A DNA stretch of 64,000 nucleotides, from positions 4,180 through 68,179 of the IMG/VR virus record IMGVR_UViG_3300007640_000033; one strand, written 5' to 3'. Source of the stretch: a virus. A program made the translations under genes and the position numbers. How positions within the stretch are numbered: position 1 is the first letter of the stretch; the number at the start of each line of letters is the position of its first letter. The notes beneath the pieces were generated by a model, which made no database searches, had not been told where the DNA came from, and saw nothing but the letters and a program-made list of their open reading frames with translations. Below are positions 9,082 through 18,642 of this stretch, one piece after another.

Positions 9082-10194
9082 TTATATTACATATATTTGT
9101 CTTGGGAATGCACGGTACTTGAGTTGCTTGTTCAAGTTCTCGGCAATTAATGCTTCTTTCTCCATTTGTTTTTCTGGACGAAGACGTTCTAATCTTTGTT
9201 TCAATTCCTCTTCTAACTTGGCTTTTTCATCTTTACCTTCAGTTAGTAAACTTGTATAGTCCATAGTTAGTTCAGAATCAGGTGTTTTGATATTACCTGA
9301 AAACTTACCTCTTACTCTTCCTAAAGTCTCTTTTACATAAGCAACAAACCACCTACGAACCCAAGTTTTTGCTGGTGTGTTTAGGTCAATCCAAGAAAGT
9401 TCTTCTAATGGAATATCTGATGGTAACTTTATAATGTCAGGGTTTGCTTTCAAACAAGCATCTCTATCAGGACCTTCAACATCATAATACCAATACCACA
9501 CTTGATAGTTGTTTAATGCTGCATTACCAAAATCAAATTTTCCACCAGGTGTATTCATAAGGTGAATTGCCTTTTTACCATCAGGTAATGCTGTAACCCT
9601 ATAGGTTAAGTCATTACCAATGATTCGTCTTTGAATGTTTATTTCTTGTAAACGTAATAATACATCAAAGGCTTGGGTCATAAAATATCCACCACCATAT
9701 CCCAATTGTGCAAAACCACCAGGTCCACCTAATCCACCGGCACCCAAACCCCCAAAATTCCATGGGTCAAACATAAAACTATTTAATTCAGTTGGTGAAA
9801 ACCACAATAATTCGTTTAATTCTCTACCTGCCGGTATTTCATATATTTGTTGGTTAGGAACCAATTGAAAATAGTCTTTTTTGAGTACGTAAGGACCTGA
9901 GTTTTGTAACCCAACAATCTTAGAATAAGCATAAGTATATTGAGTTTCCCAATCTAAACTTCTGGTAATTAGTGCGTTAGCGACAGATTTAACTTCCATG
10001 TTTAAACCGTACAAAGAGGTCCATTGAGATTCTATCAACCAATCTAAAATGTATTGTGCATAATCTTGAACTGAAAATTCCAATAAGGAATCCATCATTT
10101 CATCTTCAATTTCAACACTTCGTAATGGTGCACCTAATAAGTGTCTTACCTTCTCATAAAGTTTACCTCTTTCTGGTTCTGGAATACCTGCCAT
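9082..10194 (-). CDS. Neck / head-tail adaptor protein (T4 gp13-like)
   Basis: LLGAPLRSVEI N-terminus and W..R...A..KE.LGRVRGKFSG C-terminus typical of gp13-like neck proteins; TATTTAT upstream on the minus strand (10206-10216). Confidence 0.75.
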   Translation of the reverse strand: MAGIPEPERGKLYEKVRHLLGAPLRSVEIEDEMMDSLLEFSVQDYAQYILDWLIESQWTSLYGLNMEVKSVANALITRSLDWETQYTYAYSKIVGLQNSGPYVLKKDYFQLVPNQQIYEIPAGRELNELLWFSPTELNSFMFDPWNFGGLGAGGLGGPGGFAQLGYGGGYFMTQAFDVLLRLQEINIQRRIIGNDLTYRVTALPDGKKAIHLMNTPGGKFDFGNAALNNYQVWYWYYDVEGPDRDACLKANPDIIKLPSDIPLEELSWIDLNTPAKTWVRRWFVAYVKETLGRVRGKFSGNIKTPDSELTMDYTSLLTEGKDEKAKLEEELKQRLERLRPEKQMEKEALIAENLNKQLKYRAFPRQIYVI

Positions 10195-10225
10195 AATTCT
10201 CTTTTATAAATAAATATCAATTCAT

Positions 10226-10783
10226 TTAGGATTCTATAGTATATAGAAGACCTGAGGATGGGAATGTGAATTTACCATCAACAATATCGGTAAGTTTATT
10301 ATCAAAAATAAAGACAAGTTTACCCTTTTGAAATACCAACCAATCGGTTTTATTTGGTTTTACTTGACCAGTATCTACCATAATAAATTTATCATCATCT
10401 TCTATTATTTGTCCAAACGGTTTAATCTGTGCAGTATATTCGTTTCCGTCAATACTAATAACGGCATCGGTATCTTCAAACATATCTACAGCACCACCTA
10501 ATTCACCAACAATTTTTACATTTTTGTACCCAAATTTTTTCTTCATAATTGATGCTGCAATCTCTTCTGTTTTTTCGCCTGTTTTGTGTGTTTGCATTAG
10601 AGTTGCCATTATGTTTTCAAAAGTACTTGAGTTTCTATCAAATATTCTATTCTTAAAGTAACGAACTGAGTTTGCAAATCTTTTAGCCTCTTCAATCTGT
10701 TCTTCAGGGGTTTTATTGTCAAAATTTATTTTTCTTTTTTTCATTTTTTCAGCAACCATATTAAGGTCGTTGAGTAAATACAA
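10226..10783 (-). CDS. PD-(D/E)XK nuclease-like protein; probably the frameshifted C-terminus of the SOD gene
   Basis: GEKTE ... DTDAV ... AQIK resembles restriction-endonuclease-fold motifs I-III; overlaps the end of the SOD ORF in another frame. Confidence 0.45.
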   Translation of the reverse strand: MYLLNDLNMVAEKMKKRKINFDNKTPEEQIEEAKRFANSVRYFKNRIFDRNSSTFENIMATLMQTHKTGEKTEEIAASIMKKKFGYKNVKIVGELGGAVDMFEDTDAVISIDGNEYTAQIKPFGQIIEDDDKFIMVDTGQVKPNKTDWLVFQKGKLVFIFDNKLTDIVDGKFTFPSSGLLYTIES

Positions 10784-11766
10784 AAACAGGTGTAGTTTGT
10801 GTTTAACTTATTTATAACGGAACGACCATCACCTTCAAAATCATATATACCGGATTGTTGTCCTTCACCATATTGATTTCTTTCATAATAGTGTTCAGGA
10901 AAAACTTCCTTTAATATTTTCTGAATTGTATTCTGATAAATTCGTTTTACTTGTAAATTAGTATTGAATAACTCCTTAATTTTTTTTGTATCTTCTTTAG
11001 AACATCTTTGAGATTTTCCCTCAGTAATTACCGTTTGTAATCTTTCTTGTTGTTCGTTTTTAGTTTTATTTCTCAAATCATAAAGTTGATTCACAAAATC
11101 CCAATTTACGGCTTTCCAAAAGTTTTTAATATACATGTCTCTTTTGTTTCTGTATTTGAGATAATATGCATGTTCCCATAAATCTAACCCTAATAATGGA
11201 TAACCACCATTTTCAATTACATTCATAAGAGGATTATCCTGATTAGGTGTCGACATAATCTTTAAAGAATTTCTTTTAGTGATTACTAACCAAACCCAAC
11301 CAGACCCAAACCTTTCTTTGGCAATCTGTTCAAATTTTTTCTTGAAATTATTAAAGTTTCCAAATTCTTTTTCAATATGAGATACTACATTACCTTTAGC
11401 TCTTTGAGTTTGTGGTGATAACATTTTCCAAAACAATGCGTGGTTAAATGCACCCCCCGCGTTATTTCTTATTGATTTATCGTATCTACTTATATTCTTA
11501 ATAATTTCTTCTAGTTCAACATCACCACCTTTTTTCTTTTGTAATGCGTCGTTTAGTTTATCAACATAACCTTTATAGTGTTTGTTGTAATGATAAGACA
11601 TTGTTTCGGGGTCAATAAACTGCTTTAAAGCAGAGAAGGCATACGGTAATTTTTCAATACCAATTTTTTTCATTTCCATTAAAAATAGTTTTCTTTGTTT
11701 TTCTTTTTCTTGAGTTTCAATCTGTTCCTCAAGTAGATGAATTTTATTCTTTAGATTTTTCATCAA
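10741..11766 (-). CDS. sodA: Mn-type superoxide dismutase with N- and C-terminal extensions
   Basis: LPY...L, ETMSYHYNKH, NNAGGAFNH, FGSGWVWL, NQD and DLWEHAYY motifs. The Met, GG and QD signatures favour Mn specificity. Confidence 0.9.
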   Translation of the reverse strand: MMKNLKNKIHLLEEQIETQEKEKQRKLFLMEMKKIGIEKLPYAFSALKQFIDPETMSYHYNKHYKGYVDKLNDALQKKKGGDVELEEIIKNISRYDKSIRNNAGGAFNHALFWKMLSPQTQRAKGNVVSHIEKEFGNFNNFKKKFEQIAKERFGSGWVWLVITKRNSLKIMSTPNQDNPLMNVIENGGYPLLGLDLWEHAYYLKYRNKRDMYIKNFWKAVNWDFVNQLYDLRNKTKNEQQERLQTVITEGKSQRCSKEDTKKIKELFNTNLQVKRIYQNTIQKILKEVFPEHYYERNQYGEGQQSGIYDFEGDGRSVINKLNTNYTCFCIYSTTLIWLLKK

Positions 11767-11804
11767 TTTCGTGTTTATTCATATAAATAACACGAAGTAT
11801 AATA

Positions 11805-13574
11805 TTATCTCAATTTATATATTGAATTTAGAATTTCTTCTACAGTATCTACTTCGTTCATATGGTCACCCATTACGGTGGCAATTACTCTCTTTTTATT
11901 ATTTAAAATATCATAAACCACACCTTCGATTGTGTTTTCAAAGATTGGGTAGTATACTAATACATTATTTTTTTGTCCAAATCTATATGCTCTATCTTCG
12001 GCTTGTGAGTGGTCTGATGGTACAAATGATAAGTCGTTCATTACAACAGCTTCAGCGGCGGTTAGGGTAATACCAACACCCGCCGCTTTTATGTTACCAA
12101 CAAAAACTTTTACTTTATCATCATTTTGGAATTTATCAACAGCTTCTTGTCTTGCACCTTTGGATAAAGAACCATCCAAATAAACTGATGATTTACCAAA
12201 GTGTTCAACAATACGTCTTAGGGTATCAGTAAAGTTAGTAAAGACAATTACTTTTTTATCTTGTTCTAAAATATTCTCAACAATTTCTATAGTGTTTGCT
12301 ATTTTTTCTTCGGCAATTACCTGTCTAACTTTTGTTAGTTTTGAGAATTGTATGGTTAATGAATTACTTTCATTGGGGTTCTTATCATACCAATCAAAGT
12401 ATTCTCCCATTAAACTTTCATACATTTTAGATTTTAATTTCAGATAAACAGGTGTGATAATTTTATCTGGTAAATCTAAGACATCTTCTTTTAATCTACG
12501 AAGAAGGGTTGTTGAGGTTCTTTCATGGAGTTCTTCCAAATTAGAAGCACCATTTACATTCCAAATTTTTCTTGGACCCACTTTGAATTGGTAACCATTA
12601 CAATATCTTTTCACATACGCCATCCAATTTTGGGCTACAGGTGAGTCGACAATATTCAATAAATTGTAATAATTTATAGGTCGAGATGTCATGGGTGTTC
12701 CTGATAATAACCAAACCCTATCAATAGATTCAACAATGTCGTTTATTAGTTTAGTCCTCTGTGCTTGTTTGTTTTGAATATAGTGAGCCTCATCAACAAT
12801 AATCAAATCAAAATTTGTTTTTTTTATTAATGATTCTGATTTCTTTTTTGAGTCATGGAAATTTTTCACAATATCATAATTCATTATTACAAAATCGTGT
12901 TCGGTTGAATATAATTTCCCCTCGCAAATAAAAGTACTTCTGTCGGTATAATTTTGAATTTCTCTTTCCCAGTTAATCTTCAAAGATGCCGGACATATAA
13001 TTAGAATTTTTTTAGCACCTGTCTCTAATGCGGCAATAACTGTTGATGTGGTCTTACCTAAACCCATATCATCCGCTAATATGAATTTTTTATTTTGATA
13101 TAATTTTTCAATTGCTTCTTTTTGGTGGGATAATGGTGGTCTATGAGAATATTTTTCATAATCAATATCAATAAGTTCCACCTTATTGTCTTTTATCATT
13201 GAAGCTTTTGGTAACCAAAAATCGGTCAATGTATCACCACTAAAAAATTTACCCCAAATATGATAAGACTTATCTCTTTCAACCAAAAGTTTTTCAACCC
13301 AAACAGTTTCAGGAATAATTGGCATCAATCTATCATTAGCTAATTTATATGCAAAATATGAATCTAATGTAATCCATTTTCTAGCAATTTTTGGTGTTGT
13401 ATTATGATAACTAATAATGTATTCAGCCTGTGCTCGGGTTGGATAGAATTTTTTATTGTTTTGTTGTTTGAGTTTAAGACCCAATAAATAATTGTTAGCC
13501 CCCTCGTAAGTTTCTAACATACGAAGTGCTTTGACCTCTAAAGGTAGATTAATATCAGTGTTCTGTTGTTCCAA
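11805..13574 (-). CDS. SNF2-family helicase (HARP/SMARCAL1-like)
   Basis: LADDMGLGKT, DEAH, LSGTP, LRRLK, GVGITLTAA and QAEDRAYRFGQ motifs. Confidence 0.9.
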   Translation of the reverse strand: MEQQNTDINLPLEVKALRMLETYEGANNYLLGLKLKQQNNKKFYPTRAQAEYIISYHNTTPKIARKWITLDSYFAYKLANDRLMPIIPETVWVEKLLVERDKSYHIWGKFFSGDTLTDFWLPKASMIKDNKVELIDIDYEKYSHRPPLSHQKEAIEKLYQNKKFILADDMGLGKTTSTVIAALETGAKKILIICPASLKINWEREIQNYTDRSTFICEGKLYSTEHDFVIMNYDIVKNFHDSKKKSESLIKKTNFDLIIVDEAHYIQNKQAQRTKLINDIVESIDRVWLLSGTPMTSRPINYYNLLNIVDSPVAQNWMAYVKRYCNGYQFKVGPRKIWNVNGASNLEELHERTSTTLLRRLKEDVLDLPDKIITPVYLKLKSKMYESLMGEYFDWYDKNPNESNSLTIQFSKLTKVRQVIAEEKIANTIEIVENILEQDKKVIVFTNFTDTLRRIVEHFGKSSVYLDGSLSKGARQEAVDKFQNDDKVKVFVGNIKAAGVGITLTAAEAVVMNDLSFVPSDHSQAEDRAYRFGQKNNVLVYYPIFENTIEGVVYDILNNKKRVIATVMGDHMNEVDTVEEILNSIYKLR

Positions 13575-13589
13575 ACAATTCTTTTAGTA

Positions 13590-13621
13590 CAAATATAATA
13601 AGAATCAAGGTATTTATCAAT
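13590..13621 (-). promoter_or_regulatory. Bacteroidota-type promoter for the SNF2 helicase, overlapping a divergent TATTTAT
   Basis: Minus strand reads TTG, 20-nt spacer, TATATTTG (plus coordinates 13590-13597); TATTTAT on the plus strand at 13611-13617. Confidence 0.5.
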
Positions 13622-13623
13622 AT

Positions 13624-14136
13624 ATGGAAAAAAAGGTACCTATTACCCGAATTGGTAAATTCTTTGGACAAGAGGATTTTGACTTAGACATTGATATGGG
13701 TCAAGAATGGTTAGGTGGAGATATGAACTTCACTTTGGTTCTATATAAGGTAGATAAACTCAGAACCAAAAATGATGATGTTTATGGGGAAGTTGGCGTT
13801 GATGAAATCCAATTTTTACCACCAATTGAGTTCAAAGCTTATGTGAAAATTGTTGAGCCCACTAATGCTTATATGGGTAGTACAAGAATTGTTCAAACTG
13901 AACCTGGTAATATGACTTTTAGTGTATATAACAAAGAATTAGATACTTTAGGTATTGATATAGACCTTGGTGACTATGTTGCCTACTATGAAACCGAAAC
14001 CAAAGTAAGATATTATTCTGTAGTAAATGATGGAAAGATTACTTCAGATTTGAAACATTCTTATGGTGGTTATAAATCTTTTTACAAGACGTATGTATGT
14101 ACTCCTGTAAGTTACAATGAATTTAGAGGTATATAA
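13624..14136 (+). CDS. Head closure / neck protein (T4 gp14-like)
   Basis: DDVYGE motif, size, and position before the tail terminator and sheath genes. Confidence 0.55.
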   Translation: MEKKVPITRIGKFFGQEDFDLDIDMGQEWLGGDMNFTLVLYKVDKLRTKNDDVYGEVGVDEIQFLPPIEFKAYVKIVEPTNAYMGSTRIVQTEPGNMTFSVYNKELDTLGIDIDLGDYVAYYETETKVRYYSVVNDGKITSDLKHSYGGYKSFYKTYVCTPVSYNEFRGI

Positions 14137-15176
14137 TGGGATTTCCTAAAAAAATAAAAAAACATCTCCCACTTCAACCGAAGAAAATTCTTTCTGAAAG
14201 AAGAGAGGAATTATTGGATTATATTAGGAATGATGGTACGTATCTTCCTAAATCTGTTTTACATGCCGATTTAGATAGGGGTATGTTAGATTTTGTAAAA
14301 GATGAATTACAAATTTCTGCTAGTGGTAAAAACGTTCCTGTTGTTGATATTATTATAACAACACAAAACTGGTCTCAGTTTACACAAACTTGGAACTTCC
14401 AAGATTTGGATAATAATGTCAGTCCCCCATTTATAACAGTGGTAAGACAACCCGAAGTAAAATACGGAAGTATTCCATCACTTCAATACACAATACCAAA
14501 TAGAAAACAATTTTATTATGCCAGTGTACCAACATGGGACGGACAAAGAAATGGTATGGACATTTATAAAATACCACAACCTGTACCTGTTGATATAACT
14601 TTTTCAGTGAAAATTATTTGCAATAGAATGAGAGAATTAAACTCATTTAATAAAACTGTTTTACAAAAATTTTCATCTCGTCAGGCATATACTTTCATCA
14701 AAGGTCATTATGTTCCAATTATTATGGATAATATTTCAGATGAATCTGTAATGGATATTGATAAAAGAAAATTTTATATCCAAAGTTATAACTTCACAAT
14801 GATGGGATTTTTAATTGATGAAGAAGAGTTTGAAGTTTCACCTGCAATCTCAAGAGTGTTGACTGTTATGGAGATGGATACGGAACTAAAAAGAGGTGGT
14901 AAAACAAAATTCCCACCTAACCCTGATGAGTTTGAAATTGATATACCATATGCGGTTGGTACAACATCATTTACACAAAATTATTATTTTACCGCGGACC
15001 TTACTTATGTGTCTTCAAATAACGTTAGTAGTTATGACATCTATATAAATGGGGATTATTATGGAACTGATTTGGAATTGATACAACTAACTTCAGGTGA
15101 TGTATTAGTTATTAATATTACAAAAGATGATGCGAGTTTAGAGTCTTCTTTGAAATTACAAGCTAAGTTACTCTAA
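14136..15176 (+). CDS. Tail terminator / sheath stabiliser (T4 gp15-like)
   Basis: P.ITVVR and PQPVPVDITFSV motifs; lies between neck and sheath genes. Confidence 0.55.
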   Translation: MGFPKKIKKHLPLQPKKILSERREELLDYIRNDGTYLPKSVLHADLDRGMLDFVKDELQISASGKNVPVVDIIITTQNWSQFTQTWNFQDLDNNVSPPFITVVRQPEVKYGSIPSLQYTIPNRKQFYYASVPTWDGQRNGMDIYKIPQPVPVDITFSVKIICNRMRELNSFNKTVLQKFSSRQAYTFIKGHYVPIIMDNISDESVMDIDKRKFYIQSYNFTMMGFLIDEEEFEVSPAISRVLTVMEMDTELKRGGKTKFPPNPDEFEIDIPYAVGTTSFTQNYYFTADLTYVSSNNVSSYDIYINGDYYGTDLELIQLTSGDVLVINITKDDASLESSLKLQAKLL

Positions 15177-15334
15177 TTTTCACCGTATAAATCCTTACTT
15201 TCTTTACACTTTTCAAAAATTAAGTTTTCCAAAAACTTATACATTTTTATACCTCTTTTCTCACAGTATTTTTTTAAAGCGTTGTGTGCTTCTACGGAAA
15301 TCTTTAAATTCTTGATTTTAGTATCACCAGCCAT
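15173..15334 (-). CDS. Small ribbon-helix-helix DNA-binding protein (53 aa, not in ORF track)
   Basis: Translated by hand: MAGDTKIKNLKISVEAHNALKKYCEKRGIKMYKFLENLIFEKCKESKDLYGEN*. Pattern of strand (KNLKIS), helix, G turn, helix fits RHH. Confidence 0.75.
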   Translation of the reverse strand: MAGDTKIKNLKISVEAHNALKKYCEKRGIKMYKFLENLIFEKCKESKDLYGEN

Positions 15335-15335
15335 A

Positions 15336-15376
15336 GGTAGAAAAAAGGCAGAATTAAGTCTGCCAATTTATAAATA
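15336..15376 (-). promoter_or_regulatory. Operator-like repeats or hairpin plus TATTTAT upstream of the RHH gene
   Basis: GGTAGA (15336), GGCAGA (15347), inverted TCTGCC (15359-15364); minus-strand TATTTAT at 15370-15376. Confidence 0.5.
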
Positions 15377-15456
15377 GATATCAAGAAGTAAAGTTTTTTC
15401 CGTTTCTGAATAATATTTATGTATAAAAATAAATTTCTTTTAGAAAAAAAAATAGA

Positions 15457-18400
15457 ATGGCAACAGCAAACAAAGTATTTGTATCTCCCGGTGTATATAC
15501 ATCGGAAACCGACTTGAGTTTTGTAGCACAAAGTGTAGGTGTTACTACTTTAGGTCTTGTGGGTGAAACTCAAAAAGGTCCAGCGTTCGAACCAATATTC
15601 ATAACTAATTATGATGAATTCCAAACATATTTTGGTGGGACGGTACCTGATAAATTTGTTAATACTCAAATACCAAAATATGAGGCGGCATATATAGCCA
15701 AATCTTATTTACAACAATCTAACCAATTGTTTGTAACAAGAATTTTAGGATTATCGGGTTATGATGCGGGACCATCTTGGTCTATCATGACAAAAGCGAA
15801 TGTTGATAAGACAACTGTTGGACTTACCACAAGTGGCGGTACTGACTTCACATTCACTTTCTCAGGAACAAGTGCATCCACATCTTCAATTGAATTCTTA
15901 GAAACTCTTCCAGCTGAGATTAATAGTATCCTCAATAATACATACCAAACATACTCAGGAGGTGAAAGTTCAATTGATGAACAATTGACAACTCAATTAT
16001 ATACAATATTGAATAGCACAACAACAAGTGCAACTTCAATATATTATTTTGGTTCTGTAGCAACAACTGCATATACAGAACATCAAAACACCACATATAC
16101 CGCGGCAACTAACGTATATGACGTACCATCTGTTTCATATGACGCAACGGACCTTACTGATGGTACTAACGACCCATGGTATTACTCACAATTTAATAAC
16201 TACTCAAATAATGATTACTCAGGTTTTTCATTCTATAGTGCTGTTAGCGATTTAGTTGACTTAGGTAGTGGTTCATACTCAGGTACAGTATCAGGTTCTG
16301 TTTACACATATTCAGGAGAAGCATTTACACAATACAATAATATGGTAATTGCAACACTTCGTTCAAGAGGTATTGCAACATATTCAAATGACACAGGACC
16401 TGTATATACAGTAACAGGTCTTAGTGATGTGCAATTAGTTACCACTGGTCAATATTCTGGTGTTACAACAAATCCATACGATACATTCCAAGTGTCAGGT
16501 GTTACTTCAGATGGTACATCATTTAGATTTGATACATCATTGACATTATCTGATACTAATTACCTTACTAAGGTGTTTGCTAGAAGTAATTTTGATAAAC
16601 CAAGAAATGAAGTACCATTGTTCATTGAAGAACAATATTACAACTTATTCAATTATGCTTATAGAATGGGTTATATTAAAGGTATTAGTAGTGACTTGAT
16701 TGCATTGACAAGTGCAAGAACAGGTGGTTCTAATACAATTGGTTGGTATTTACAACAATATCAAACACCTGAAACACCTTTTATGGTTTCAGAATTAAGA
16801 GGTAACAGAGTTTATAGACTTTTCAAATTTATCTCAATATCAGATGGTAATGCTGCAAATACTGAAGTCAAAGTTTCTATTATGAATATGGATTTCAATA
16901 ATTTGACGTTTGATGTTGTTGTTAGAGATTATTTTGACAATGATTCAAATCCTGTTGTTCTTGAGAAATTCACTAATTGTACTATGGACCCAACTACTAA
17001 CAGTTATATTGGTGTAAAAATTGGTACTTCAGATGGTGAATACTCTTTGAATTCAAGATTTATTATGTTAGAAATAAGCGATGATGCACCTGCGGATGCA
17101 CTTCCATGTGGATTTGAAGGTTATGTAACTAGAATGTATTCTTCTACTGCTAACCCATCACCATTCCCTGTTTATAAAACAAAATATGATTATCCTGGTG
17201 AAACAATTTATGACCCACCATTTGGTGATACATTAGGAAACGCTAATACTACAACAAGTGCTGGTGATAATAAGAGAAGAGTGTTCTTAGGATTTTCAAC
17301 ACAAGTTGGATATGATAGTGATTTCTTACAATATAAAGGTCAACAATTACCATCAGATATTTGTACTGCAACTGAAAGTACACCATGGAATGTATTGACC
17401 AAAGGTTTCCACATGGACTCAGGTGCTACTGCAGTTACAATTGCAAACGCTTACACAACAAGTGGTGAGACAGCATTCTTTGTTGGTGACTCATCATTCC
17501 AAAATAACCCACAGTCTCAAACTAACTCATATTATTACACTTACTCAAGAAAGTTCACAGTTCTTATGTATGGTGGTTTTGATGGATGGGATATATACAG
17601 AGAAAATAGAACTAACCAAGATAGATTTGTATTAGGTGGTTCAGGTTACTTGAAAGGTGCTTGTAGTACCGACCCAAGATACCCAAGTGCAACTGGTTCG
17701 GGTACATTCAAGAGAATTACTGTTGGTAATAATACTCAGGATTATGCAAACACCGACTACTACGCATACTTGTTGGGTATACAATCATTCAATAACCCTG
17801 AAAGTACAAATATAAATGTATTTGCAACATCAAGTATTGATTACGTAAATAACTCTAATCTTATTGATTCGGCAATCGATATGATTGAGAATGAAAGAGC
17901 GGACTCAGTTTACATTTGTACAACACCAGATACTGATATGTACGCACCTGTAAGTAACCCAACTGATTTTATCTACCCACAAGAAGCGGTAGATACTTTG
18001 ACAGATTCAGGTATTGATTCTAACTATACTGCAACTTACTATCCTTGGATTTTGGTTAGAGATACAGTAAATAATACTCAAATCTACTTACCAGCAACAG
18101 GTGAAGTTTGTAGAAACTTAGCTCTTACAGATAATGTATCATTCCCATGGTTCGCAACCGCGGGTTACACAAGAGGTTTGGTAAATTCAGTCAAAGCTAG
18201 AAAGAAACTTACTCAAGAAGACAGAGATGTTCTTTATGAAGGAAGAATTAACCCAATCGCAACATTCTCTGATGTTGGTACTGTAATTTGGGGTAACAAA
18301 ACTCTTCAAGTTAGAGAAAGTGCTCTTGATAGATTGAACGTTAGAAGATTGTTGTTACAAACAAGAAAGTTAATTTCAGCAGTCGCTGTTAGATTGTTGT

Positions 18401-18639
18401 TCGAACAAAACGATGAGATTGTTAGACAACAGTTCTTAGATTCTGTAAACCCAATCTTAGATTCAATTAGAAGAGATAGAGGTATATATGACTTTAGAGT
18501 AACGGTTTCTTCAGACCCAGCAGATTTAGATAGAAATACATTAACAGGTAAAATCTATTTGAAACCAACTAAAGCTCTTGAATTTATTGATATTGAATTC
18601 TTGATTACTCCTGCGGGAGCTTCGTTTGAAAACATCTAA
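15457..18639 (+). CDS. Contractile tail sheath protein
   Basis: SPGVYTSETD start; YYPW, PWFATAGYTRG, LYEGRINPI, WGNKTL, RLNVRRLL, LFEQND and EFIDIEF in the C-terminal domain. TATTTAT at 15414-15420. Confidence 0.95.
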   Translation: MATANKVFVSPGVYTSETDLSFVAQSVGVTTLGLVGETQKGPAFEPIFITNYDEFQTYFGGTVPDKFVNTQIPKYEAAYIAKSYLQQSNQLFVTRILGLSGYDAGPSWSIMTKANVDKTTVGLTTSGGTDFTFTFSGTSASTSSIEFLETLPAEINSILNNTYQTYSGGESSIDEQLTTQLYTILNSTTTSATSIYYFGSVATTAYTEHQNTTYTAATNVYDVPSVSYDATDLTDGTNDPWYYSQFNNYSNNDYSGFSFYSAVSDLVDLGSGSYSGTVSGSVYTYSGEAFTQYNNMVIATLRSRGIATYSNDTGPVYTVTGLSDVQLVTTGQYSGVTTNPYDTFQVSGVTSDGTSFRFDTSLTLSDTNYLTKVFARSNFDKPRNEVPLFIEEQYYNLFNYAYRMGYIKGISSDLIALTSARTGGSNTIGWYLQQYQTPETPFMVSELRGNRVYRLFKFISISDGNAANTEVKVSIMNMDFNNLTFDVVVRDYFDNDSNPVVLEKFTNCTMDPTTNSYIGVKIGTSDGEYSLNSRFIMLEISDDAPADALPCGFEGYVTRMYSSTANPSPFPVYKTKYDYPGETIYDPPFGDTLGNANTTTSAGDNKRRVFLGFSTQVGYDSDFLQYKGQQLPSDICTATESTPWNVLTKGFHMDSGATAVTIANAYTTSGETAFFVGDSSFQNNPQSQTNSYYYTYSRKFTVLMYGGFDGWDIYRENRTNQDRFVLGGSGYLKGACSTDPRYPSATGSGTFKRITVGNNTQDYANTDYYAYLLGIQSFNNPESTNINVFATSSIDYVNNSNLIDSAIDMIENERADSVYICTTPDTDMYAPVSNPTDFIYPQEAVDTLTDSGIDSNYTATYYPWILVRDTVNNTQIYLPATGEVCRNLALTDNVSFPWFATAGYTRGLVNSVKARKKLTQEDRDVLYEGRINPIATFSDVGTVIWGNKTLQVRESALDRLNVRRLLLQTRKLISAVAVRLLFEQNDEIVRQQFLDSVNPILDSIRRDRGIYDFRVTVSSDPADLDRNTLTGKIYLKPTKALEFIDIEFLITPAGASFENI

Positions 18640-18642
18640 TAA

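Noticed and set aside
15304-15531. 75-aa minus-strand ORF in the track
   Set aside because: Overlaps the sheath start and promoter region with implausible composition; the plausible minus-strand gene here is 15173-15334.
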